Shown: positions 46,170-54,652 of the stretch, in pieces | How the letters are laid out: each line of letters starts with the position of its first letter | Position numbering within the stretch: position 1 is the stretch's first letter | Origin: Bacteroidales bacterium | Lineage (GTDB): Bacteria; Bacteroidota; Bacteroidia; Bacteroidales; VadinHA17 | Assembly: GCA_011620595.1 (NCBI GenBank) | Contig: WOYX01000024.1 | Location: 10,984 to 74,983, forward strand | Reading direction: 5' to 3' | Length of the DNA: 64,000 nt | Made by a program: the position numbers and the translations under genes | The notes under the pieces: model-generated | The model's database searches: none | The model's input: the letters and a program-made list of their open reading frames with translations, nothing else | Told to the model about the DNA's origin: nothing

Positions 46170-48500
46170 ATGAAAAGTGCAGGTTTCAGCAGGGTGGAAC
46201 AGTCGTTCTTCGACCGTTCAGGCAGGAGAGAGACAACAACGAAGCTGCCTTATGTGGTGGTGCACAATTTCCCCGGCCTCGGTCTGCTGACGGCGCTGAG
46301 GTTTCTGGAATGGGTAGCTGCAAATCCTGACGGGGTTATAAGCCTCCCCACCGGTAAGACGCCGGAGTACTTCATCAAGTGGACCCGGTACATGTTAAAA
46401 AACTGGAATAAGCCCGAGGCAAGGAAGATACGTGAGGATAACGGACTGTTCATGGATGAAAAGCCCTCACTGCGCGGTCTTCATTTCGTTCAGATAGATG
46501 AGTTTTATCCCATTGATCCGCGCCAGCACAACAGCTTCTTTGATTATGTGAGCAAATATTATATCAGGGATTTTGATCTCGATCCTGCCAAAGCCCTGCT
46601 GATCAACAGCGAAGAGATACCCCTGGCAGAGGGCAGACACTATACGGAGGTTTTTCCCGATAGCCTTATAGACCTGAGCCTGAGGAACAGGGAGCCGCTC
46701 AGCCCGCTGGAGAGGCTGCAGCAGGCGTCGATATTCAGCATTGATAACTGGTGCACCAACTACGAGAAGAAGATCCGCAAACTTGGAGGAATAGGCTTCT
46801 TCCTGGGAGGAATAGGTCCTGACGGGCATATAGCCTTCAACACACGCGGCAGTGACCATAACTCTGCCACCAGACTCACGGCCACCAACTTCGAGACTCA
46901 GGCGGCATCGGCCGGCGACCTCGGAGGAATAGAGGTCTCCAGGACCAGGCTGGTGATCACAATAGGACTGGGTACAATTACCTATAACCCTGAAGCAGTG
47001 TCAATTATCTTCGCCGCCGGCGATGCCAAGGCGCACGTTGTAAGAGACGCCCTGGAGAAGGGACCTGACAATCTTTATCCCGCCACCGTACTGCAGGGAC
47101 AGAAGAATGCACGCTTTTACATCACTGACGGTGCTTCGGTTCAGCTTCATGATACCATCGAAAGATACTACAGGGAGGGAGACTGGACCTTTGAAAAGAC
47201 AGAGAGAGCTATCCATGACCTCTGCCGGAAGATCGACAAATATGCGCATAAGCTTGTCCTGGAGGATCTGCAGAATGATGAATACTGTTCCCTGATACCT
47301 GACCTTAGCCTGGAGCGGGTCAAGGAAGTAATAAAATCGACCAGGAGAAAGATAGAAGCGGGACTGAAGCGGGAGCACAACGCCACCTTTTTTCACACCG
47401 GGCCCCACCATGACGACATCATGCTCGGTATCTTCCCGGCCATAATACCCCAGTTGAGGGAGATCACCAACAAATTTCATTTTTCGGTTCTGACATCAGG
47501 ATTCACCGCTGTCACCAACGCCATGCTGCTCGGGCTGCTTGAGGAGACCCGGAGGCTGATAGCGATTGACAAGATACAGATGCTGGAATATCCTGATTTC
47601 TTTGACGAGGGGTACAGGTTCAAGTGGGACAAGGATGTGAGTCACTATCTCGACAAGGTGGCTGATAAGGACGAGGCCGGGAAACTGAGGGGAGTATGCC
47701 ACCGTATAGTCAGGGCGATGGTTGAGATTTACCGGCTGAAGTCGAAGGATGAACTGGTGGAACAGATACGTAGGAACATTGATCTTATAAATGCCAGTTA
47801 CAGCGGGGAGAAAAACCCACCTGACATACAGCAGCTCAAGGGAATGCTGAGGGAGTTCGAGGAGGAGCTTGTCTGGGCGCACTACGGCGTGCCGGTAAGG
47901 AATATAGAGCATCTCAGACTCGGTTTCTATACCGGTGACATCTTTACCCGGCAGCCTGACCGGCACCGTGATGTGGAGCCAATACTGGAGTGCCTGAGGC
48001 GTATACAGCCGACAATCATAAGCCTTGCCTTTGACCCGGAAGGGTCGGGGCCTGACACCCATTACAAGGTGCTGCAGGCCATTGCCGAGGCTCTCAGGCA
48101 GTGGAGCCTTGAGAAGGATCTCTCAGATCTGAGGATCATAGGTTACCGCAACGTTTGGTTTAGGTTCCAGCCCTTTGAGGCCAATGTCTTCGTACCCGTC
48201 TCGCTGAACTCTATGGCAGTACTCAATCAATCGTTCCGCGACTGTTATGTCAGCCAGGTCAATGCCTCCTTCCCCAGTCCTGCATATGACGGTCCCTTCA
48301 GCGATCTGTCGCAGCAGGTGTGGGTTGAGCAGTTCAAGCAGGTGCAGCTCCTCCTGGGCAAGGACTTCTTCTACGAGAATGAGAGTCCCAAGATAAGAAG
48401 TACCCACGGCATGGTCTATTACCGGGAGATGAAGACCGATGAGTTCCTGCAGCATGCCCGCGAACTCGAGAAGAGCGTCGAGGGGGAGATGCTGCGCTGA
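46170..48500 (+). CDS. nagB: Glucosamine-6-phosphate deaminase fused to a LmbE/PIG-L-like deacetylase domain
   Basis: ISLPTGKTPEYF, VQIDEFYP and GGIGPDGHIAFN match NagB. The downstream FFHTGPHHDDIMLG resembles the PIG-L AHPDD motif. Confidence 0.7.
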   Translation: MKSAGFSRVEQSFFDRSGRRETTTKLPYVVVHNFPGLGLLTALRFLEWVAANPDGVISLPTGKTPEYFIKWTRYMLKNWNKPEARKIREDNGLFMDEKPSLRGLHFVQIDEFYPIDPRQHNSFFDYVSKYYIRDFDLDPAKALLINSEEIPLAEGRHYTEVFPDSLIDLSLRNREPLSPLERLQQASIFSIDNWCTNYEKKIRKLGGIGFFLGGIGPDGHIAFNTRGSDHNSATRLTATNFETQAASAGDLGGIEVSRTRLVITIGLGTITYNPEAVSIIFAAGDAKAHVVRDALEKGPDNLYPATVLQGQKNARFYITDGASVQLHDTIERYYREGDWTFEKTERAIHDLCRKIDKYAHKLVLEDLQNDEYCSLIPDLSLERVKEVIKSTRRKIEAGLKREHNATFFHTGPHHDDIMLGIFPAIIPQLREITNKFHFSVLTSGFTAVTNAMLLGLLEETRRLIAIDKIQMLEYPDFFDEGYRFKWDKDVSHYLDKVADKDEAGKLRGVCHRIVRAMVEIYRLKSKDELVEQIRRNIDLINASYSGEKNPPDIQQLKGMLREFEEELVWAHYGVPVRNIEHLRLGFYTGDIFTRQPDRHRDVEPILECLRRIQPTIISLAFDPEGSGPDTHYKVLQAIAEALRQWSLEKDLSDLRIIGYRNVWFRFQPFEANVFVPVSLNSMAVLNQSFRDCYVSQVNASFPSPAYDGPFSDLSQQVWVEQFKQVQLLLGKDFFYENESPKIRSTHGMVYYREMKTDEFLQHARELEKSVEGEMLR

Positions 48501-48728
48501 TATCTTACAGACAGGGCGGCCCCCGGGCAGGCCGGAGACCAACAAACAAGCCGGCACCCGGGCAGGTCGGAGACCAGCAAAAAGGACAATCAGTGAGTTG
48601 TCGGGGCGGCCCTGCAGGTTGCAGACAGAGCACTGCCACGCTGCTGCAAACAGGCACTCCTCCGGTAAGCCGGCCAACCGTGCGCAGCATGATCCCCTGC
48701 CAGTCAGGGCAGCTTTCGTTATCCGGGT

Positions 48729-49985
48729 TTAATCGTAGAGGAAATACCTGCCCGCCTGCTCCCGCCAGGCTGGTATATCATTGTTCCACATGGCGCTGAT
48801 ATCGCTGACCCTGAAGGCTTTTGTGAACTCCTTCCTCACCTCGTCAGTGCCGCACACCTTGTCGAACATGGAGTGGCGCGAGGGGTTACAGATCTCAAAC
48901 AGGTTTTTGTCAGGCCAGAGACGGTGAGCCTCCTGCATGATGTAAAACTGCATCAGGGAGAGAGGAGCCGTGGAAGGATCTGTAAGATGGATCTGCACAC
49001 CGTGGACCAACATACCCTGAAGGGTGCTGTAGTATGGCTTGTAGTGGATGGGCCTGAAGATGACACCGGGGAGCTTCAGCCCATTAAGGCTTGCTGCCAG
49101 TGAGTCGGCATTGATCCATTCGGCGGCAAAGGTCTGGAAGGGGATGGTATAGCCCACTCCTATGCTGACGGCATAAAGCTCTCCGGCGATGCCTGTTGCA
49201 GGGTAAAAGAGAGGAGAGTCTTTATGGGGCACATGAGGAGATGAGGGAACCCATGGCAATCCAGTCCCTTCAAACAACATTCCTCTTTTCCAGCCGGTCA
49301 TCTTCACCACCTCGAGGTCACATTTGATGCCGTTGGCGAGCATCCTTTCGCCGTTGAGCAAGAGTGCCAGCTCACCGACGGTGAGGCCATGTATATAAGG
49401 TATGGCAAACTGGCTCACGAAAGAGAAGAAGCCGGGACGGGTGACAACACCCTCCATGCGGATGCCTCCAAGCGGGTTGGGCCTGTCGAGCACGACAACC
49501 TTCTTGCCGTTCTCTGCCGCTGCCTCCATCAGGAGTCCCAGGGTGCTGATGAAAGTGTACGACCGCGAACCTATGTCCTGGATGTCGTAAACAAGTATGT
49601 CCACATCACTAAGCATCTCCGGCGTCGGCTTGCGGGTTTTTCCGTAAAGACTCCAGACTACGAGGCCGGTTGCGGGATCCTTCTCCGAGGCTACATGCTC
49701 ACCGGCGGTGAACTCGCCACGGACACCGTGCTCGGGACCATACAGCGCCACCAGGTTAACGCCGGGGGCATTGAAGAGAATATCAACCGTCGATCTGAGA
49801 TAGCGGTCAACGCCGGTTGGATTTGTTACCAGACCCACTCTCTTTCCCTTCAGAAGGTCAAAATCACTCTTCATAAGGTTCTCAAGGCCGGTCTCAACCA
49901 CCTGACCGCTCATTGACAAAATTACAGTGAAGGTGATGATCGCTACTATCCCGATCCGTCTCCTAACACTTCTTAATGCTTTCAT
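48729..49985 (-). CDS. namZ: DUF1343 / GH171 exo-beta-N-acetylmuramidase (NamZ/YbbC-like)
   Basis: LKGKRVGLVTNPTGVD, ALYGPEHGVRGE, VDILVYDIQDIGSRSYTFIST, VVLDRPNPLGG. An N-terminal signal peptide is present. Confidence 0.7.
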   Translation of the reverse strand: MKALRSVRRRIGIVAIITFTVILSMSGQVVETGLENLMKSDFDLLKGKRVGLVTNPTGVDRYLRSTVDILFNAPGVNLVALYGPEHGVRGEFTAGEHVASEKDPATGLVVWSLYGKTRKPTPEMLSDVDILVYDIQDIGSRSYTFISTLGLLMEAAAENGKKVVVLDRPNPLGGIRMEGVVTRPGFFSFVSQFAIPYIHGLTVGELALLLNGERMLANGIKCDLEVVKMTGWKRGMLFEGTGLPWVPSSPHVPHKDSPLFYPATGIAGELYAVSIGVGYTIPFQTFAAEWINADSLAASLNGLKLPGVIFRPIHYKPYYSTLQGMLVHGVQIHLTDPSTAPLSLMQFYIMQEAHRLWPDKNLFEICNPSRHSMFDKVCGTDEVRKEFTKAFRVSDISAMWNNDIPAWREQAGRYFLYD

Positions 49986-50050
49986 ATTCAGATAATTTAT
50001 TTAACATCTACTCTAAGTAAATCAGGCACTCCAGACCCTTCAGGCAGATA

Positions 50051-50124
50051 ACTCCAGTTCACTCTGGTTCACTCCAGTTCACTCTAGTTCACTCTAGTTC
50101 ACTCTAGTTCACTCTAGTTCACTT
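50051..50124. repeat. Decanucleotide tandem array, 7 units (ACTCCAGTTC, ACTCTGGTTC, ACTCCAGTTC, then 4x ACTCTAGTTC) plus a partial unit
   Basis: Read directly. It lies in the divergent intergenic region between the namZ start (49985) and the NlpC/P60 start (50229). Confidence 0.95.
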
Positions 50125-50138
50125 CGAACTTAAAAAAG

Positions 50139-50147
50139 TGTATGACA
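50139..50147 (+). promoter_or_regulatory. TGTATGACA motif copy in the namZ / NlpC-P60 divergent promoter region
   Basis: Exact 9-mer shared with 32083-32091, 60390-60398 and (inverted) 60573-60581. Confidence 0.35.
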
Positions 50148-50194
50148 AATTAAATAAAATTCAATTGCCTATTGACTTGAATACTATAAATATT

Positions 50195-50202
50195 TATTTT
50201 TG
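50195..50202 (+). promoter_or_regulatory. Candidate -7 box TATTTTTG (TAnnTTTG)
   Basis: Exact consensus match, 27 nt upstream of the ATG at 50229. Confidence 0.35.
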
Positions 50203-50228
50203 AATTTGTAAGATGTAATACAACTTTC

Positions 50229-51401
50229 ATGAAACTCTCAAACTACCTTTCCCTGTTGTTTATCCTGGTCCTGCTTGCAGGATGCAATCCAAAGGAGGTT
50301 CCTGCAGATATTCAGGAACAGCTTGATTCCATAGCTACTGCGATGGTACCCCAGCATGCCGAGTCCCTCTGTGACGTTGCCATGGTCATGGAAAAAGACG
50401 GCAGCCTTACCGTTAAAGGTGAAACCAACCTGCCTGTGGCGAAGGAAGAGATTCTTGCAATGCTGGGCAGATCGGGTTACAGTTACAACGACAGCATTAC
50501 CCTTCTGCCGGATACTTCAGTGGTTAAGTCGCCCTGGGGACTGGTATCCGTCAGTGTATGCAATGTACGCACCAGGCCCTCTCATGCTGCCGAGATGGCC
50601 ACCCAGGCCCTGATGGGCACGCCGGTGAAGATACTGAACAAACGCGGGGGATGGCTTCTCATCCAGATGCCGGACTCCTATATCGGGTGGACAGATGACC
50701 CTGTTATTGAGCTTACTGATGATGAGCTTAATAACTGGAAAAAGAGTGACAGGCTTATCTACATGGAGCACACGGGAGTAATAACTGACAATAACGGGCA
50801 GACAGTCTCCGATGCCGTTTTCGGGATGATAGTACAGAAAACAGGCGAAAAAGGTTACTCCTACATGGTTAAGTTTCCCGATGGCAGAGAGGGGCAGGTG
50901 AAAAAGACAGAGGTTGCTGACTTCCGGAAATGGGCAGAAAATGTTGAGCCTGATGCGGATAAAATGATCAAATTTGCCAGGTTATTTCTGGGCTCTCCTT
51001 ACCTGTGGGGAGGTACATCGACGAAAAGTGTTGACTGCAGCGGGTTTGTAAAGACAATATATTATTCTGGAGGAATTATTCTCAGGCGTGATGCCTCAGG
51101 ACAATATAAATATGGCCTGGAGCGGAGCATTGAAATCCCTTGTGATTCCCTTGCTCCCGGTGACCTTCTCTTCTTCGGAAGGGTCAGGGATGGAAAGAAG
51201 AGTATAACACACACAGGGATGTATATTGGCGATACAGAATTCATTCATTCATCGCGGCTTGTCAGGATAAACAGCTTCGATTCCACCAGGACAAACTACA
51301 GCGAGTATCTCCTGGACATACTTCAGGGGGCGAAGAGGATTATAGGTGTTGCTCCCGGTGAGGGTATGGAACGGGTATCTCAGCACAGTTGGTATTTTTA
51401 A
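50229..51401 (+). CDS. NlpC/P60 cysteine peptidase lipoprotein with SH3-like domains (gamma-D-Glu-diamino-acid endopeptidase, YkfC-like)
   Basis: Lipobox LVLLAGC. An SH3b-like region. Catalytic block GSPYLWGGTSTKSVDCSGFV and HTGMYIGDTEFIHSS. Confidence 0.8.
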   Translation: MKLSNYLSLLFILVLLAGCNPKEVPADIQEQLDSIATAMVPQHAESLCDVAMVMEKDGSLTVKGETNLPVAKEEILAMLGRSGYSYNDSITLLPDTSVVKSPWGLVSVSVCNVRTRPSHAAEMATQALMGTPVKILNKRGGWLLIQMPDSYIGWTDDPVIELTDDELNNWKKSDRLIYMEHTGVITDNNGQTVSDAVFGMIVQKTGEKGYSYMVKFPDGREGQVKKTEVADFRKWAENVEPDADKMIKFARLFLGSPYLWGGTSTKSVDCSGFVKTIYYSGGIILRRDASGQYKYGLERSIEIPCDSLAPGDLLFFGRVRDGKKSITHTGMYIGDTEFIHSSRLVRINSFDSTRTNYSEYLLDILQGAKRIIGVAPGEGMERVSQHSWYF

Positions 51402-51595
51402 AATAAAAGGATACTTGCCTGAGTGACAGTACCCTTCGGGATTTGAATTTATTCTTCATACAAGTTCCATTCAATCAATCTGATAAGTATTTCAAATACG
51501 AATAAAACTTACATGAGCTGTAACTCACAATTGGAAATGATTATTTCTCTTCATGTAAGTTCCATTAGACCAATAAAATAACATCAAATAATCTA

Positions 51596-52735
51596 ATGAA
51601 AAAAAGAGATTTCATCAAGATCGGAGGCCTCGCAGCAGGGGCACTGATGGTTGGATGCACATCGGCTGTATCCGATGGCACTGTCAGAAAAGGCGGTGCC
51701 GCAAAGAAGGGCAGCGGGGTTCTGAAACTAAGTTACAGGCCTTATGAGCTGCAACTTAAACATGTATTTACCGTTGCAACAAACTCGAGGACAACCACTC
51801 CGGTGGTACTCACCTCGATTGAATATGACGGCGTCACCGGCTTTGGCGAGGCATCAATGCCTCCCTACCTGGGTGAGAGTCATGAGTCAGTGCTGAATTT
51901 CCTTTCGAAAGTTGACCTTGAACAGTTCAGTGATCCCTTCCTGATTGAGGATATTCTTGATTATATAGAAGGTGTCATGCCCGGCAACTATGCTGCCAAG
52001 GCCTCGCTTGACATCGCCCTGCATGACCTCACCGGCAAGCTTCTTGGCCAGCCGTGGTTCAGGCTGTGGGGACTCAACCCGGAGAAGACACCTCTTACCA
52101 GTTTCACGATTGGCATTGACACTGCTGACGTCGTCAGGGAGAAGACCCTGGAGGCCAGTGCCTTCAAATTGCTGAAGATCAAGCTCGGCCGTGATAACGA
52201 CAGGGAGATGATAGAGACGGTGAGATCGGTGACCGACGTGCCGATCTTCGTTGATGTCAACCAGGGATGGAAGGACAGGAATTATGCTCTGGAGATGGCC
52301 CATTTCCTGAATGAAAACCACGCTGAGTTCATTGAACAGCCGATGCCCAAGGAGCAGATCGATGACATCGCATGGCTGACGGAGAGGAGTCCTTTGCCGA
52401 TTGTCGCCGACGAGGCACTGCAGACGGTAGATCAGCTCCTCGGCATGAAGGGCATATACAGCGGCATCAATATCAAGCTGATGAAGTGTGGCGGCATGCA
52501 TGCCGCATACAAGATGATAACAATGGCCAGGCAGATGGGAATGAAGATATTGATAGGATGTATGACAGAAACCTCATGTGCGGTTTCGGCAGCAGCACAG
52601 CTATCTCCGCTGGTCGACTGGGCTGATCTTGACGGCAATCTATTGATAGCCAATGATATTTATGAAGGAATGACTGTGGTTGACGGCAGGGTGAAGCTTC
52701 CCGTTAGGCCAGGTATAGGCATAATTGAAATTTAA
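51596..52735 (+). CDS. Enolase-superfamily dipeptide epimerase (L-Ala-D/L-Glu epimerase, YkfB/YcjG-like) with an N-terminal export-like signal
   Basis: Collinear with B. subtilis YkfB as I recall it: KIKLGRDND, VDVNQGW, IEQPMP, VADEAL, INIKLMKCGG, GCMTETS, PGIGI. The N-terminus MKKRDFIKIGGLAAGALMVGC looks like a Tat-type/lipobox signal. Confidence 0.8.
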   Translation: MKKRDFIKIGGLAAGALMVGCTSAVSDGTVRKGGAAKKGSGVLKLSYRPYELQLKHVFTVATNSRTTTPVVLTSIEYDGVTGFGEASMPPYLGESHESVLNFLSKVDLEQFSDPFLIEDILDYIEGVMPGNYAAKASLDIALHDLTGKLLGQPWFRLWGLNPEKTPLTSFTIGIDTADVVREKTLEASAFKLLKIKLGRDNDREMIETVRSVTDVPIFVDVNQGWKDRNYALEMAHFLNENHAEFIEQPMPKEQIDDIAWLTERSPLPIVADEALQTVDQLLGMKGIYSGINIKLMKCGGMHAAYKMITMARQMGMKILIGCMTETSCAVSAAAQLSPLVDWADLDGNLLIANDIYEGMTVVDGRVKLPVRPGIGIIEI

Positions 52736-52750
52736 TACAGAAGATTCTAT

Positions 52751-54517
52751 ATGAATATTAAAGCGCGTCAGGAGGCTGAACACTTTCTGAAAAATGAGAC
52801 GCAATTTCATCTTGGCATGCTGCCGACAGAACAGGCTAATCCCAGGACCAGCAACCTCGACAGTATATTTGCTCAAAGCACCGGCGAGGGAGTGAAAACA
52901 CTGTTGTCAGTAGATACGGATATATTTCCGATGGCTGAAAAGATTTTCAGGAGCAGGGAGTATGACAAACTGGTAAAGGACGGAGTGAAGGCAATCTCCG
53001 ATGGAAAGAAGATTGTATTTTCAGGATGCGGCGCCACTGGCCGTTTAAGTATCCTGCTTGAATCATTCTGGAGATGCTTTTTCAGGGATCTGCGGCAGGA
53101 TCATCCGGATATCTATGAAAGAGTAAAACATGTTGAGAACTCCGTATTCAGTATTATGACGGGGGGTGATTACGCACTTATCAGGGCTGTGGAGTATTTT
53201 GAGGATTACCAGGAATTTGGCAGGCAGCAGGTGAGGGAACTTAATATTAACGAAGGCGATATTCTTGTTGCTATAACCGAGGGAGGTGAGACCTCGTCAG
53301 TTCTGGGCACACTTGCAGAAGCTGCTGACAGGGGTGCTGAAGTATTCCTAATGTTTAACAATCCCGCCGATATCCTTTGCAAATATATTGAGCGTTCCAG
53401 AAAAGCCATTGAAGATCCTCGTGTTACTGTGCTTGACCTGTACTGCGGACCGATGGCAATTGCAGGCTCCACACGGATGCAGGCAACAACATCGGAACAG
53501 CTAATTGCCGGGGCAGCCCTGGAATCAATACTGGGAGGGACTTTCAGCAAGCTGCTTTCAGCTGAAGAACTGAAGATTCTCAATATCAGGGAGATTGATT
53601 ATGCCGGGGCATACAATGAGATGCTAAATGAACTGCTCTCTGTTGAAAACACGAAGATCCTCGGGGATTATATCCGGATGGAGCACGACATCTACAGCCG
53701 GAACGGACTGGTCACCTACTACGGCAATTCCCTGATGCTGGATATCTTCACTGACACTACCGAACGCTCTCCGACATTCATGCTACCGCCATTCAGGAAA
53801 TATGACGACACTGTTTCGCCACCATCATGGGCTTTTGTCAAGAATCCTCTTCTGCCCACTCCCGAAGCATGGGTAAATGTCCTGGGGCGTACCCCCAGAT
53901 GTCTTGAGTGGGAGGGGGAACTGTACAGTAAAATGAATGCTCCGCAGGCACTCATATCAGACCCTCCTCAGCTTGATATATCGCAGATCCTCAAATTTCA
54001 GATCGGCAATGAAGAGGATAAATCACGTTTATCAAGAAAGCCTAATGTTGCAGTTAATGTGATCAGTCGCCTGGAAGTGACACGGCCGGAATATGAAGAC
54101 TATCAGGCAGCCTTCAATGAAGAAGCGGAAAAGTACCTGAGCAGATATTCCCTGATAATAGGGACATGCGATGAGGCAGCCAGTTATAAGATATCCTGTT
54201 CGCCGCAAAGTTCGGTTTTCAGTCTAATGGACCGGCTGGCAGTCAAGCTTGTACTGAATACGGTTTCGACCGGAACCATGGTTTTAATGGGAAGGGTGTT
54301 GGGCAACTGGATGAGCTGGGTTGATGTTACCAACAAGAAGCTTAAAGACAGAGGCATAAGGTTGATTTCCGATATCTGTAACATGAGTTACGAAGAGGCG
54401 TGCTATGCCCTCCATGAATCACTGGAAGAATTAAAATCCTACAATTTTTCCGAGAAGGAAAAACCATCGCCGGTTCAGTACACTATTAAGAAGATCATAT
54501 CTTCCCGGAAGGATTGA
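52751..54517 (+). CDS. Double-SIS, MurQ-related protein of glucokinase-regulatory-protein (GCKR) architecture
   Basis: 588 aa, against 285 aa for MurQ. FSGCGATGRLS and CGPMAIAGSTRMQATTSEQL parallel MurQ GAGTSGRLG and GSTRLKAGTAQK. A long extra C-terminal half is present. Confidence 0.55.
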   Translation: MNIKARQEAEHFLKNETQFHLGMLPTEQANPRTSNLDSIFAQSTGEGVKTLLSVDTDIFPMAEKIFRSREYDKLVKDGVKAISDGKKIVFSGCGATGRLSILLESFWRCFFRDLRQDHPDIYERVKHVENSVFSIMTGGDYALIRAVEYFEDYQEFGRQQVRELNINEGDILVAITEGGETSSVLGTLAEAADRGAEVFLMFNNPADILCKYIERSRKAIEDPRVTVLDLYCGPMAIAGSTRMQATTSEQLIAGAALESILGGTFSKLLSAEELKILNIREIDYAGAYNEMLNELLSVENTKILGDYIRMEHDIYSRNGLVTYYGNSLMLDIFTDTTERSPTFMLPPFRKYDDTVSPPSWAFVKNPLLPTPEAWVNVLGRTPRCLEWEGELYSKMNAPQALISDPPQLDISQILKFQIGNEEDKSRLSRKPNVAVNVISRLEVTRPEYEDYQAAFNEEAEKYLSRYSLIIGTCDEAASYKISCSPQSSVFSLMDRLAVKLVLNTVSTGTMVLMGRVLGNWMSWVDVTNKKLKDRGIRLISDICNMSYEEACYALHESLEELKSYNFSEKEKPSPVQYTIKKIISSRKD

Positions 54518-54652
54518 GACTTAATTTAGGTCAAACAATTGAAAATTTGTAATACATATTATCAGAAAAAACATTTAACTTGCTTAAGTATTGAAACCAA
54601 TAATTCCATCTATATAACACAATCAATATTATTTAACCCTAAATCCAATCAC

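Noticed and set aside
48123-48677. 184-aa minus-strand ORF spanning the nagB-fusion 3' end and the intergenic spacer
   Set aside because: Most of it is antisense to a well-supported gene, and the remainder is GC-rich repeat DNA. It has no motifs and no ribosome-binding or start context.
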